Positions 1-10,280 of a stretch of DNA of 64,000 nucleotides are shown in pieces. Within the stretch, counting starts at the first letter, position 1. Each line of letters begins with the position of its first letter. A model generated the notes under the pieces. It saw only the letters and a list, made by a program, of their open reading frames with translations. It ran no database searches and was not told where the DNA came from. This stretch comes from Thermoanaerobaculia bacterium (GTDB lineage Bacteria; Acidobacteriota; Thermoanaerobaculia; Multivoradales; Multivoraceae), in the NCBI GenBank assembly GCA_963664405.1, contig OY761158.1, positions 672,001 through 736,000 of the forward strand, in the 5' to 3' direction. The position numbers were made by a program, and so were the translations under genes.

Positions 1-1047
1 CCCTTCCTCGCTAGCGCTCAGTCCGAGACTCGACGCTTTCTCTACATGGGCACGCCCGACGGTGCGCAGCAGGAAGGGCGAGCAGACGGCGCCGGCATCT
101 TGATCTTCGACGTCGACAACGGCCACAAGCTGGTCCGGCGCATCGACATCCCGATCTTCGAAGAGGGTCTACGGGGCTTCGCCGGGAGTCTCGAGAACCA
201 CAGCGTCTACTACTCCACGACCAACCGGCGCCTCGGTGCCTTCGACCTCGAAACGGAGAAGAAGCTCTGGGAAGAGACTTACAACGCCGGCTGTGATCGA
301 TCGTCGATCACCATGGACGGGAAGAAAGTCTATGTGCCAACCGGCTGGTGGTATTCGGGCGACGACAGCGGGCTTCTGATCGTCGACGCCTCGAATGGCG
401 AGCTGCTCGACCGCATCGTTGTCGGCCCCCAGGCTCACAACACCATCGTCAGTCTCGACGGGAAGCGCCTCTACCTCGGCACCGAGACCACCTTGTCGAT
501 CTTCGATACTGCGACCGACACGATGATTCGACAGATCAAAGACGTAGGTGAACGGGGGGTGTTCCCCTATACGATAAGTAGCGACCAGAAGATCGCCTAC
601 GTCTGTCTCGGCAATCATGTCGGCTTCGACGTCGTCGACCTGGAACAGGGAAAGCGCCTTCATCGCGTCTTCGCGGGCAACGAGAAGATCGAGCATCGCA
701 CACACGGTGCAGGCCTCACACCGGACGAGACCGAGCTCTGGATCAGCGATCAACAGGGGGAAAAGCTCTTCATCTTCGATGCCACCGAGATGCCGCCAAC
801 GCCGAAGGGCCACGTCGAGCTTTCGCAGGGCGGTCACGGCTGGGTGACCTTCAGTCTCGACGGAAAGTACGCCTGGTCCCACGCACCGGACGTCTTCGAC
901 GCAAGGACCAGAGAAGTCGTCGCGACGTTGAAGGACGAGAACGGCAAGCCGGTCAGCGGATCGAAGTTCATCGAAGTCCACTTCCGTGACGGAAAAGTAG
1001 TCGCCATGGGTCACGAGTTCGCCCTCGGGCGGAAGAACCGTAGCTAG
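1..1047 (+). CDS. YncE/YVTN-type beta-propeller protein, probably secreted (5' end outside window)
   Basis: Repeated blade motifs (SLDGKRLYL, SSDQKIAYV, TPDETELWI, SLDGKYAW); frame is open from base 1 (PFLASAQSETRRFLYM), which resembles the end of a signal peptide. Confidence 0.75.
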   Translation, partial: PFLASAQSETRRFLYMGTPDGAQQEGRADGAGILIFDVDNGHKLVRRIDIPIFEEGLRGFAGSLENHSVYYSTTNRRLGAFDLETEKKLWEETYNAGCDRSSITMDGKKVYVPTGWWYSGDDSGLLIVDASNGELLDRIVVGPQAHNTIVSLDGKRLYLGTETTLSIFDTATDTMIRQIKDVGERGVFPYTISSDQKIAYVCLGNHVGFDVVDLEQGKRLHRVFAGNEKIEHRTHGAGLTPDETELWISDQQGEKLFIFDATEMPPTPKGHVELSQGGHGWVTFSLDGKYAWSHAPDVFDARTREVVATLKDENGKPVSGSKFIEVHFRDGKVVAMGHEFALGRKNRS

Positions 1048-1083
1048 GCGAGTCCTCCGATCTCGACTGAAGCGAAGAGCTCG

Positions 1084-1602
1084 ATGTACGATTTTCAGGA
1101 GCAACACGCCTATCCCGACCCCAAGCGCTTTGAAGATCTTGCGGAAGGCGACTCGTTCTACATCCCGTCGCGCACCATGACCGAGGCCCTGTTCGCGGCC
1201 TTCCAAACTGCATCCGCCGACAACCACCCCATCCACTATGACCGTGAGTACTGCCGGCGGCGGAACCATCCCGATCTTCTCGCTCACGGTTTCCAGGTCC
1301 TGATCCAGAGCGCGGCGGGCGCTGGAACCTTCGCTCACGCCGTCGGCGAGGTCCTCGTCGGGTTCATCGAACAGTCGAGCCGTTTCGTGAATCCGGTCTA
1401 CGCGGGAGATACTCTCTACCCGCGATTGACCATCACCCGGCTCGAGACCCAGCGCACCACAGGTGTCGTAACGCTCCGCTCCACGGTTCACAACCAGCGC
1501 GGAGAGCTGTGTATGGAGGGTGAGCAAAAGTACCTGCTGAAATTGGCAGCCACCCAGGGAAAAACCGAGACCGACGGTCGCGGGGCGCCCGACGATGCCT
1601 GA
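1084..1602 (+). CDS. MaoC family (hot-dog fold) dehydratase
   Basis: RFEDL..GD, SADNHPIHYD, LAHG and F..PVYAGDTL motifs. Confidence 0.9.
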   Translation: MYDFQEQHAYPDPKRFEDLAEGDSFYIPSRTMTEALFAAFQTASADNHPIHYDREYCRRRNHPDLLAHGFQVLIQSAAGAGTFAHAVGEVLVGFIEQSSRFVNPVYAGDTLYPRLTITRLETQRTTGVVTLRSTVHNQRGELCMEGEQKYLLKLAATQGKTETDGRGAPDDA

Positions 1603-2743
1603 AAATCTGCCGGCAGAGATCCTCGCCCTTCGCGAGCAAGCGGAGCGACTCCTCGAAGAAGAGCTGACGTCAATGGAGCCGACTCTCGGCCCCGATACGT
1701 CTATCCCCATTCCACCGGAGACCGCCGAGTGGACCCGAGCCCGATCGCGAGAGGCCGGCCTCTTCACCCTCTCCCAGCCGAAAGAGCTCGGCGGCGATGA
1801 TGCAGGGGCGCTGACCCTGACCGTCCTACGCGAGACTCTCGCAGCTTCCAACCTGCGCCTCGCCGGTCTCGTTCTGGGCCCCGACCCCGGCGTTCTTCGC
1901 CACGCCGGTGGAGAGCTCGTAGAAAGCCACCTCCAACCGGTCCTTCGCGGGGAGAAGAAGGGCGCCTTCGCCTTCACCGAACCCCGCGACGCGCCCCACC
2001 CGACCTCGGCCACGCCCCAGGGGGGAGATCTCCTCGTCCACGGCACCAAGGCCTACGTGACCGGCGGCGACGAGGCGGACTTCTTCCTTACTCTCGTCCG
2101 AGTCAAGGCTGAAGGTGACAGCGCCGGCGGCACTGCGATGCTGGTGATCGACAAGGACACCCCTGGCGTCCATGTGCACGAGCGCTTCCAATCCCTCGAC
2201 GGCAGCCATCACGTCTCTCTCCATTTTCACGATGCGCGAGTTCCTCGAGCCCACATCATCGGCGAGGTCGGTGAGGGCATGCCACGCGCGCTCCGCAACA
2301 TCGGCAGTGTGCGCCTTGCTTTGTCCGCGCAAGCTTCAGGGATGTGTCTTTTCATTCTCGAGCAGACCGCACAGAGCCTCCAGCTTCCGCACCGCAGTGG
2401 AACACCCCTCGCCGAGCGTGAGTCGGTGCGGCTGCGCTACGCCGACATGCGCATCGAAGCCACCGCCGCTCGCAGCCTCCTCTACCGTACCGCCAGGCTC
2501 GCCGACACCGGCGCCAATACGGTGAACGAGACGATCGCAACTAAAGTCTTCACCACCGAGGTACTTGGCCGAGTGGTCGACATGGCGATGCAGTTGGAGG
2601 GAGGCCAAGCACTGGTTGCGGGCCACCCCTTCGAGACGCTCTACCGGCGAGCGCGAGCGATGCGACTCACCGAAGGCGCCAACGACCTACTCCGACTCCA
2701 CCTGGCCCGAGGCAAGCTGGAGCTCGGAAAGGGCACGATCTAG
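1595..2743 (+). CDS. Acyl-CoA dehydrogenase family protein
   Basis: PKELGG, AFAFTEP, GTKAYVTGG, LEGGQA and RLTEGANDL motifs; overlaps the MaoC stop. Confidence 0.9.
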   Translation: MPENLPAEILALREQAERLLEEELTSMEPTLGPDTSIPIPPETAEWTRARSREAGLFTLSQPKELGGDDAGALTLTVLRETLAASNLRLAGLVLGPDPGVLRHAGGELVESHLQPVLRGEKKGAFAFTEPRDAPHPTSATPQGGDLLVHGTKAYVTGGDEADFFLTLVRVKAEGDSAGGTAMLVIDKDTPGVHVHERFQSLDGSHHVSLHFHDARVPRAHIIGEVGEGMPRALRNIGSVRLALSAQASGMCLFILEQTAQSLQLPHRSGTPLAERESVRLRYADMRIEATAARSLLYRTARLADTGANTVNETIATKVFTTEVLGRVVDMAMQLEGGQALVAGHPFETLYRRARAMRLTEGANDLLRLHLARGKLELGKGTI

Positions 2744-2750
2744 ACCGCTC

Positions 2751-4364
2751 TTAGGGATAGTAGCCCTGAAGGGTGTGGGCCTCGAGCCCCGGTTCCTCCA
2801 ACCGCACCTCGATGGTCCGAAAGCGCTCTTCGTAGCGGGAGTTGGATGATTGGTAAGCCAACAGGTACTGAGAGCGAAGCTCGCGGTGGACTTCGGACCA
2901 GATCGACGCAAGGCCTCCTGCCCCGCGCACCAGGAAGGCACGGCCCCCGGTCTCCTCGGCAAGGCGGGCTAGCCGACCAGGGGCTCCGCGCGCATCGGCG
3001 CGCGCTACCAGAGCAAGTGTGTAAATCGGCACCCGGCTGCGCCGCGCCAGCTCGAGTGCATCGGTGAAATCGAGCCGGCTGCCTTCGTCCCGACCGTCCG
3101 AGAAAACGAAGATGGCTCGTCTTCCCGACACGCCCTCGAACCGAGCCAGCGACGAGCCCAGCGCATCGTAAAAAGAAGTCGAGCCCTTGGCCTCAAGGCC
3201 GCGAAGACTCGCCTCCAGTCGGTCGAGGTCGGACGTCCAGTCGGCGACCAACCTCGGCCGGCCCCGGAAAGTGACCACTGCAGCGCGATCCTCGGATCGC
3301 ACCGCGCTTCGAAGAAAGCGAACCGCACCTTGACGCATATCGCCGAGGTGATTATCCATCGACTCCGAGACATCGAGCAGTAGAAGAAGATGGAGCGGCT
3401 GCCGCGCCGGTGGCTCGAAGCGCAGAATCTCCTGTTCGACGCCGTCCTCCAGCAGGCGAAAAGCAGATCGCGGTAGGTCCGAGATCGGCCGTCCTCGGCG
3501 AAGCACGGTCGTGAAAGCCTCCACCCATTGCACGTCGATGCTCGAGCGCAGACCGCGAACATCGACCAGTTTCACGTCCTCGACCGGGCTGCCTGCGCCG
3601 CGGTGAGCCAGAGCCCTGACGAAACGAACAGCATTGTCGGCAAGAAAAATGCGCTGCGTCGCCGGGGATTGATAGTGCGTGGCTACGAGCGTGTCATCCA
3701 GGTAAAGCTCGACCCGCTGCACCGGCGAGCCGCCCTCGACGACAGCCTCGGCGACAAACGAACGCGTGGCGTCGAGTCGACCATCCAAGGGCTGCCGTAG
3801 AGAAACCGCAAAACGACCACCTCTGTTCCCGTCGCCGGCTGAGCCCAGCGCAGAGTCGTCGATCACATCCACTCGGGTCGGCACGACGAGCTCGACTCCG
3901 GTCAGGCCTCGCCTCCCCCTCAACCGGTCCTCGACCTCGAGAACCAAGCACCACTCCCCCGGTGGGAAGGCCCGCTGAAACGTCACTCGGTCAGCGCTGA
4001 CAAGACCCGGAACGAGCTCAAAGCGGAAGCGAAACCGATCGACGGGCTCGCCATCTCGCTCCAGTCGGCCGGAAACCTCCAAGGTCCGATGAGATGAATC
4101 GGGCTCAGTGGGCAAAACCAACCCCACTTCGGTCTGCACCCGACCCGAGCGACGGCCGACAAAGGAGACTTCAACCGACAAGTCGAGCGCTACGCCGCCG
4201 GATTCCCCTACAAGACTCGAGGGCTGCGCGCAGCCGGCGGAATCGGTGGCAATCGCCTGCACCGCACCAGCCGGCGCAATAGCGCAGAAGACCAGCGCAA
4301 AGAAGCGCCCGAGGCGGGTCGCGGACCTTCCCCTCGTACGGCCGCTTCTGCGAATCGCCGCCAT
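2751..4364 (-). CDS. VWA domain-containing secreted protein (Acidobacterial VWFA type) with N-terminal Ig-like regions
   Basis: MIDAS DVSES, GSTSFYDAL, FSDGRD, ETGG and LRSQYLLAY motifs; signal-peptide-like N-terminus; start estimated. Confidence 0.85.
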   Translation of the reverse strand: MAAIRRSGRTRGRSATRLGRFFALVFCAIAPAGAVQAIATDSAGCAQPSSLVGESGGVALDLSVEVSFVGRRSGRVQTEVGLVLPTEPDSSHRTLEVSGRLERDGEPVDRFRFRFELVPGLVSADRVTFQRAFPPGEWCLVLEVEDRLRGRRGLTGVELVVPTRVDVIDDSALGSAGDGNRGGRFAVSLRQPLDGRLDATRSFVAEAVVEGGSPVQRVELYLDDTLVATHYQSPATQRIFLADNAVRFVRALAHRGAGSPVEDVKLVDVRGLRSSIDVQWVEAFTTVLRRGRPISDLPRSAFRLLEDGVEQEILRFEPPARQPLHLLLLLDVSESMDNHLGDMRQGAVRFLRSAVRSEDRAAVVTFRGRPRLVADWTSDLDRLEASLRGLEAKGSTSFYDALGSSLARFEGVSGRRAIFVFSDGRDEGSRLDFTDALELARRSRVPIYTLALVARADARGAPGRLARLAEETGGRAFLVRGAGGLASIWSEVHRELRSQYLLAYQSSNSRYEERFRTIEVRLEEPGLEAHTLQGYYP

Positions 4365-4554
4365 CCTGTTCCACCTGAGCAAAGGGAGTGCCAGCTCTCT
4401 TGTGGCCCCTATACCGGCCCGAAACTCAGAGTTGTCTCCACCAGGGGACAACAGCGACTCCAGACCAGGAACACATGCTGTCACGCTGAGCACTCCAAGC
4501 CGCCTCGACCGGCCATTACTCCACGACAGGGTGCTGCTAGTCTCCACCAGCGCC

Positions 4555-5160
4555 GTGCCGGAAGTCGTCTCAGTTCCCGTCTACTACGACTTCGCATCGA
4601 CGGTGTGTTATTTCACCCATCGCATCCTTGGCCGCCTCTGTGAGCCGCTGAGTAAGGCGGGTGTGGACCTCGTCTGGTCACCGATCGATCTCACATCCTT
4701 AGTGGCCTGGAGTCGCGGCGATCGATTCACTGAGGACCGATATCGCAACCTCGCACGCCTCTCAGACGAGCTGAAGGTTCCGGTTGGGGTCCCCGACCAC
4801 TGGATGGATTCTCGTCCCGCCATGGCGGTCGCGATCTCACTTCGAGGCTCGACACAGGAGGCGAGTTGGCGCGAGGCAGTGTGGAGCTGGGTCTATGAGG
4901 AGTGCCGAAGTCTCGACGAGTCGGACGCTGTCAGGACGATCGCCGCTTCAGCAAGCCTCGACGTCGGAGAGTCTTGGCGCGAGCAGCTCCAGACTCTGGA
5001 CGAGAGCACTCAGGCCGCGAAAGAAACGGGAGTCGAGGGTGTTCCGACTTTCCTGCTAGGCGTCTGGCCACTCGGAATCGGCATCCACGACGACGCTACG
5101 ATGCTGGCCTTCCTGCAACGATTCGCTGAAAAGACACGGCAGCTGCCGAAGGTCCACTAG
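4555..5160 (+). CDS. DsbA/FrnE-like thioredoxin-fold protein
   Basis: VYYDFASTVCY and GVEGVPTF motifs; GTG start estimated. Confidence 0.8.
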   Translation: MPEVVSVPVYYDFASTVCYFTHRILGRLCEPLSKAGVDLVWSPIDLTSLVAWSRGDRFTEDRYRNLARLSDELKVPVGVPDHWMDSRPAMAVAISLRGSTQEASWREAVWSWVYEECRSLDESDAVRTIAASASLDVGESWREQLQTLDESTQAAKETGVEGVPTFLLGVWPLGIGIHDDATMLAFLQRFAEKTRQLPKVH

Positions 5161-5198
5161 CAAGCGGCGCCGGCGCGGCGGAGTTAGTATAGGCCCCT

Positions 5199-6068
5199 AT
5201 GTCTGGTGCCAAGGAAACGCTCCCCACCGCCACCTTGCACGTCGGTACCGCTGCACAGGGAAGGCTGCGCTGGGCCCTCACCGACCTCACTCCTCTGGTT
5301 GAAGAGGCTCGACTACTGCGCGACCTCTCGCCTCTCGCTGCGATCGGGCTCGGCCAACTGCTCAGCGCCTCGGTCCTCCTCACCCGGCTGATCTCGAAAG
5401 AACCTCTACGCCTGGCAATCGAGGTCAACGGCAGCGGCCCCTTGGGGAGAGTGCGGGCGGAAGCAGATACGCAGGGTCGCGTGCGAGGTCTGGTCGAGCG
5501 AAGGCGCGCCGAGCGTGGCGACGAAGCCGAGCGCGGGGCTCCGAGACTCGGCGAAGGCAGCCTTCGTATCCTCCGCCAGCTCCCTAGCCACAACCACGAC
5601 AGCCGCGTCAGCTTGGTCGAAGGCGGAGTGGCCCAGAATATCGCCCACTTCCTCGAGCAGAGTGAACAAATCCGGTCCGCCGTTCTCTTGGGTGTGATGG
5701 CGCGTTCAACCGGAGTTGTCGCCGGAGGAGGCCTCATTGTCGAAGCCCTTCCGGGGGCCGACTCAGCGCTGATCCGCCGCATCGAAGAGCGCATCGACAA
5801 GATTCCTTCGGTCGCCAGCCTCCTCGAGGGTGAAGGAGCCTGGGGTCTCCTTGGCAGCACCCTCGGCGAAGTCGAGTACAAGTCCTCAGAACAACGACAG
5901 CTCATCCTCGACTGCGAGTGCAGTCCCGAGCGCTTCCGGCTGCAAATCCGCGCTCTTCTGCGACAGGACCCCACGATTCTCGGTGACGACGAGAAGACCG
6001 AAGTGCAGTGTCAGTTCTGCGGCGCCGAATATGCTTTCGCCACCGAAGAGCTTCTGCCGATTCAGTGA
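5199..6068 (+). CDS. hslO: Hsp33 redox-regulated chaperone
   Basis: GSGPLG, QSEQIRS, AGGGLIVEALPG, and zinc motif CECS...CQFC. Confidence 0.92.
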   Translation: MSGAKETLPTATLHVGTAAQGRLRWALTDLTPLVEEARLLRDLSPLAAIGLGQLLSASVLLTRLISKEPLRLAIEVNGSGPLGRVRAEADTQGRVRGLVERRRAERGDEAERGAPRLGEGSLRILRQLPSHNHDSRVSLVEGGVAQNIAHFLEQSEQIRSAVLLGVMARSTGVVAGGGLIVEALPGADSALIRRIEERIDKIPSVASLLEGEGAWGLLGSTLGEVEYKSSEQRQLILDCECSPERFRLQIRALLRQDPTILGDDEKTEVQCQFCGAEYAFATEELLPIQ

Positions 6069-6072
6069 TCCT

Positions 6073-6927
6073 GTGCCGTTACCTACCGACAACGAAGAGC
6101 AAATCCGCTTCTGGAGCGAAGAAGCCGGGCCGCAGTGGGTGGCCGAGCAGGCACTTCTGGATCAGCTCGTAGGACCCTCTGGACTCGCCGCCATCGACCG
6201 AGCCGGTCTCCAGCCGGGACAGTCAGTGCTCGACGTCGGCTGCGGCACCGGCCAGACCACGGTCGAGATCGCGAAAAGGGTGGGAGTGGACGGGCGAGTC
6301 GTCGGCCTCGATGTCTCTGGAGTCATGCTCGAGGCAGCGCGGCAGCGCGCCAAGACGGCGGCCGTTGCCGCGACCTTCCTGGAGGCCGATGCCCAGGTTG
6401 CACCTCTCCCCCACAGGAGCTTCGACACTGTTTTCTCTCGCTTCGGAGTGATGTTCTTCTCCGACCCGAGACAAGCTTTCTCCAACTTCCGTGGCGCCCT
6501 CAAGCCCGACGGGTGCATCACCTTCCTCTGCTGGCAGGCGGTGAGCGAGAACCCATGGGTGGCCAAGCCCCTCGCGGCGATGGCGGAGTATGTACCTCTA
6601 CCTGAGCCGCCGCCAAAGAAGGCGCCGGGCGAGTTCTCTTTCTCACAGCGCGAGAGAATCTTGTCGGTTCTCTCTCGTTCCGGTTTTGTCGATATCGACC
6701 TCCACGACCTGCGTACGCCTCTGGTCCTCGAAGCAGAGCTCGCCGTGGCTGTCGACTTCTTCTCACACTTGGGGCCGGCGGCTTCGCTGCTTCGCGAAGC
6801 CGAAGAAGGAGTTGCCGAAAAGGCTAAGTCGGCGCTTGCTCGCGTGCTCGAAGCTCACCATGAGCAAGGCAAATTGACCATGGATGCCGCCATCTGGCTG
6901 GTCACAGCATGCCTGCCACAGCGATGA
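6073..6927 (+). CDS. Class I SAM-dependent methyltransferase
   Basis: VLDVGCGTG, SRFGVMFFSDP and LKPDG motifs; GTG start just after the hslO stop. Confidence 0.9.
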   Translation: MPLPTDNEEQIRFWSEEAGPQWVAEQALLDQLVGPSGLAAIDRAGLQPGQSVLDVGCGTGQTTVEIAKRVGVDGRVVGLDVSGVMLEAARQRAKTAAVAATFLEADAQVAPLPHRSFDTVFSRFGVMFFSDPRQAFSNFRGALKPDGCITFLCWQAVSENPWVAKPLAAMAEYVPLPEPPPKKAPGEFSFSQRERILSVLSRSGFVDIDLHDLRTPLVLEAELAVAVDFFSHLGPAASLLREAEEGVAEKAKSALARVLEAHHEQGKLTMDAAIWLVTACLPQR

Positions 6928-7130
6928 GCTTGCGGTAAGCCGGCCAAGTCGTCACGGGATCGCTGGGACCCAACCGAGCCAAGTAAAATGCTACACTGCG
7001 GCCTTCGCCAAGACGGCACAGGCGCGACCGCGGCGCTCAACAGCAGAGAGGGGTCCTGGGGGGATCACTAGCCGTCCTTACGAAGCACAGGCTGCCAATC
7101 AAACCATTCGAGGAGTCCCGAGACGTTGCG

Positions 7131-8774
7131 TTGAATCAGCGGACTCAGCTCGACCCAATAGCAAGCACAGCATCCAAGGAGAGGATCTTGACCAAGACAT
7201 TCAGAGAAGGCTCACGCCGCCCACGCCGATGGATCGGCACTGCCTTGCTGGCCATGCTCGGCTTGTTAGCGACTTCCGCGCTCGCCCAGGACAAGCCGAA
7301 CATTCTGGTCATCTGGGGTGACGATATCGGCTGGTACAACATCAGCGCCTACAACCAGGGGGTGATGGGATACCAGACCCCCAATATCGACCGCATCGCC
7401 CGCGAAGGCGCTCTCTTTACCGACTGGTACGGGCAGCAGAGCTGCACCGCCGGCCGTGCCGCATTTATTACCGGCCAATCTCCGATTCGCACCGGTCTGA
7501 CCAAGGTCGGACTACCCAGCGCGCCGGAGGGAATGCCGATCGAGGACCCGACCATTGCCGGCCTGCTCAAGAACCACGGCTACATGACCGGCCAGTTCGG
7601 CAAGAACCATCTCGGCGATCGCGACGAGCACCTGCCGACCAATCATGGCTTCGACGAGTTTCTTGGCAACCTCTACCACCTCAACGCCGAGGACGAGCCC
7701 GAGAACGTCGACTACCCCGGCGACATGGTATTGGCGGATGGCCGTACCTTCAAAGAGGTTTTCGGACCAAGAGGCGTGATCAAGTCGTCGGCTGACGGCC
7801 AGATCGAGGACACCGGTCCGCTGAACCGGAAGCGGATGGAGACCGTCGACGTCGAGGTCACCGACGCGGCGCTGAACTTCATCGATCGCGCACACGCAGC
7901 CAAGAAGCCTTTCTTCGTTTGGTGGAACTCGACGCGGATGCATGTCTTCACCAGGCTCAAGGCCGAGTCCCAAGGCGTCACCGGACTCGGTATCTACCCT
8001 GACGGCATGGTCGAGCACGACGGCATGGTCGGGCAGCTTCTCGACAAGTTGGACGAACTGGGCATCGCCGACAATACGATCGTCATGTACTCGACCGACA
8101 ACGGCGCGGAAATGATGACTTGGCCTGATGGTGGGACGACCCCCTTTCGAGGAGAGAAGAACACGAACTGGGAGGGCGGTTACCGCGTCCCGACCGCCAT
8201 TCGTTGGCCTGGCGTCATCAAGCCGGGAACGCTCGAGAACGGGATCTTCGCCCACGAAGACATGCTGCCGACCCTGCTCGCTGCCGCCGGCGAGACCGAC
8301 ATCAAGGAGAAGCTGCTGAAGGGTGGAGTCAATGCCATCGGGCGCACCTACAAGTCGCATCTCGACGGCTACAACTTTCTGCCCTACCTGAAAGGTGAAG
8401 TCGACGAGGCGCCGCGCCAGGAGTTCCTGTACTGGACCGACGATGGCGACATCGCGTGCCTGCGCTACAACAATTGGAAGATCGTCTTCATGGAGCAGCG
8501 CGCCCACGGTTTCGATGTGTGGCAAGACCCCTTTGTCGTGCTCCGCTTCCCTAAGCTGTTGAATCTGCGCACCGATCCCTTCGAGCGGGCCGACCACGAA
8601 GGCATCGGCTACGCACAGTGGCGGGCAGAGCGTATGTTCGCGATCGCGCCGGCGATGATGTTTGTGGGTCAATATCTGCAGAGCTTCCAGGAGTTCCCAC
8701 CGCGCCAGAAGCCGGGCTCTTTCAATCTCAGCCACGCGATGGAAAAGATCCAGAGCGGCAGCCCGAACAACTGA
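7131..8774 (+). CDS. Arylsulfatase (Cys-type, secreted); true start may be 60-120 nt downstream
   Basis: KPNILVIWGDDIG, SCTAGRAAFITG, GKNHLG, STDNG and WEGGYRVP motifs. Confidence 0.93.
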   Translation: MNQRTQLDPIASTASKERILTKTFREGSRRPRRWIGTALLAMLGLLATSALAQDKPNILVIWGDDIGWYNISAYNQGVMGYQTPNIDRIAREGALFTDWYGQQSCTAGRAAFITGQSPIRTGLTKVGLPSAPEGMPIEDPTIAGLLKNHGYMTGQFGKNHLGDRDEHLPTNHGFDEFLGNLYHLNAEDEPENVDYPGDMVLADGRTFKEVFGPRGVIKSSADGQIEDTGPLNRKRMETVDVEVTDAALNFIDRAHAAKKPFFVWWNSTRMHVFTRLKAESQGVTGLGIYPDGMVEHDGMVGQLLDKLDELGIADNTIVMYSTDNGAEMMTWPDGGTTPFRGEKNTNWEGGYRVPTAIRWPGVIKPGTLENGIFAHEDMLPTLLAAAGETDIKEKLLKGGVNAIGRTYKSHLDGYNFLPYLKGEVDEAPRQEFLYWTDDGDIACLRYNNWKIVFMEQRAHGFDVWQDPFVVLRFPKLLNLRTDPFERADHEGIGYAQWRAERMFAIAPAMMFVGQYLQSFQEFPPRQKPGSFNLSHAMEKIQSGSPNN

Positions 8775-8779
8775 CTGCT

Positions 8780-9814
8780 TTGGAACGTGTCCTAATCGGG
8801 GCCCTCCTCGTTCTCGTCCTCGCGTGCGCACCCAACGAGTCGCCACTCGAGGTCGAGGACGGGTCTGTCCCTGCCGATTCACCCGCACACGCGAGCGAGC
8901 TTCTGTCCTGGAACGACGGGGCCGCACGCGAAGCGATCCTGAGCTTCGTCGCGCAAGTAACCAACAAAGCTGGACTCGGCTGGGTGCCGCCGGAGGAGCG
9001 GATCGCGGTCTTCGACAACGACGGCACTCTCTGGTCAGAGCAGCCCGCCTATTTCCAGCTGCTCTTCGCCGTCGATCGCGTGCGCGATCTGGCGGACGAG
9101 CACCCCGAATGGAAGTCCCAGCAGCCCTTCAAGGGCGCGCTCGAGGGTGACCTGGAAGCGGTCGCCGCGGCTGGTACCAGCGGGGTTCTGGAGCTTCTGA
9201 TGGCATCCCACGCCGGCATGACGAGCGCCGAGTTCACCGCCATCGCCGCGGACTGGTTCGCGACCGCTCGTCATCCCACACTCGACCGCCCCTATACCGA
9301 GCTCGTATACCAGCCGATGCTCGAGCTACTCGACTATCTGCGGGCCAATGGCTTCAAGACCTTCATCGTGTCTGGCGGGGGCATCGAGATGATGCGAGTC
9401 TTCAGCCAGGAGGTCTATGGCATCCCCCCGGAGCAGGTCGTCGGCTCGAGCATCAAGACTCAGTACGAGAATCGCGAAGACGGCCCCGTCCTCGTAAGAG
9501 TCGATGAGATCGACTTCATCGACGATAAGGAGGGCAAGCCGGTCGGCATCCATCGCCACATCGGTCGCCGTCCGATTCTCGCTTTCGGGAACTCCGATGG
9601 AGATCAGCAGATGCTTCAATGGACTGCCGCAGGAGACGGGCCGAGATTCATCGGTATCGTCCGGCACACCGACGCCGACCGGGAGTGGGCCTATGATCGT
9701 GACTCACACATCGGTCGCCTCGACGCGGCTCTCGACGAGGCAGAGCAACGGGGTTGGACCGTAGTCGATATGCGACAGGACTGGAAGACCATCTACTCTC
9801 CAAGCTCGCCATAG
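8780..9814 (+). CDS. HAD family phosphatase (nonspecific acid phosphatase type), probable lipoprotein
   Basis: FDNDGTLWSEQP, IVSGGG and FGNSDGD motifs; lipobox-like LVLAC. Confidence 0.9.
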   Translation: MERVLIGALLVLVLACAPNESPLEVEDGSVPADSPAHASELLSWNDGAAREAILSFVAQVTNKAGLGWVPPEERIAVFDNDGTLWSEQPAYFQLLFAVDRVRDLADEHPEWKSQQPFKGALEGDLEAVAAAGTSGVLELLMASHAGMTSAEFTAIAADWFATARHPTLDRPYTELVYQPMLELLDYLRANGFKTFIVSGGGIEMMRVFSQEVYGIPPEQVVGSSIKTQYENREDGPVLVRVDEIDFIDDKEGKPVGIHRHIGRRPILAFGNSDGDQQMLQWTAAGDGPRFIGIVRHTDADREWAYDRDSHIGRLDAALDEAEQRGWTVVDMRQDWKTIYSPSSP

Positions 9815-9901
9815 CGGTGCTCTACGGGCCCGCGAGCTTCAGCCCGGATGACGTCGTGAAGAAACTCCAGAGGAACAGAGGCTAGGGCAGCGAGCCCCTC
9901 T

Positions 9902-10279
9902 TCAGCTGAGCGACTTCGCGGGGTTGAGAGGCGAGAGAGTGACGGCGCTCGTAACGCGCCGGCGGTCTCGAGTCAGCTTTCGGGCCGCGTCGAGGCGACG
10001 GCTGATCTCCGCCGGGTTCCACGCGATATCGGTAGAACGAGAAGCGGCGTCCTGTAGCTCGAGCAACCTGGTCTGGAGATCCTCGTCGCCTACGAGGATT
10101 GCGATGGATTCCAGCGTGGGCGGTTCGGGTAGGAGCGCAAGCGTGTCTCGCCAGCGATAGAGCTCCCTCAAAGTGGAAACGGCATCTCCCTCCGAAAGAG
10201 CTCGACGCAGCTCCTGCCAAGCCCTCGTTTCCGAATCTTCCGAGCGGCGAAAACGCCCCGATAGAGCGCCGAGAGTGCG
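9902..10279 (-). pseudogene. 3' remnant of a BatD-family protein
   Basis: SETRAWQELRRAL...LYRW...W...LSPLNP resembles the C-terminal tail of BatD proteins; no plausible 5' part; adjacent to the sulfatase-HAD pair. Confidence 0.55.
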
Positions 10280-10280
10280 G

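Noticed and set aside
169-2049. 626-aa minus-strand ORF
   Set aside because: Antisense shadow of three well-supported plus-strand genes; no motifs; expected in GC-rich DNA.
6928-7130. 200-nt intergenic region before the sulfatase
   Set aside because: No convincing stem, repeat or RNA motif found; probably promoter and leader.
7512-8927. 471-aa minus-strand ORF
   Set aside because: Antisense to the arylsulfatase; no recognisable domain.
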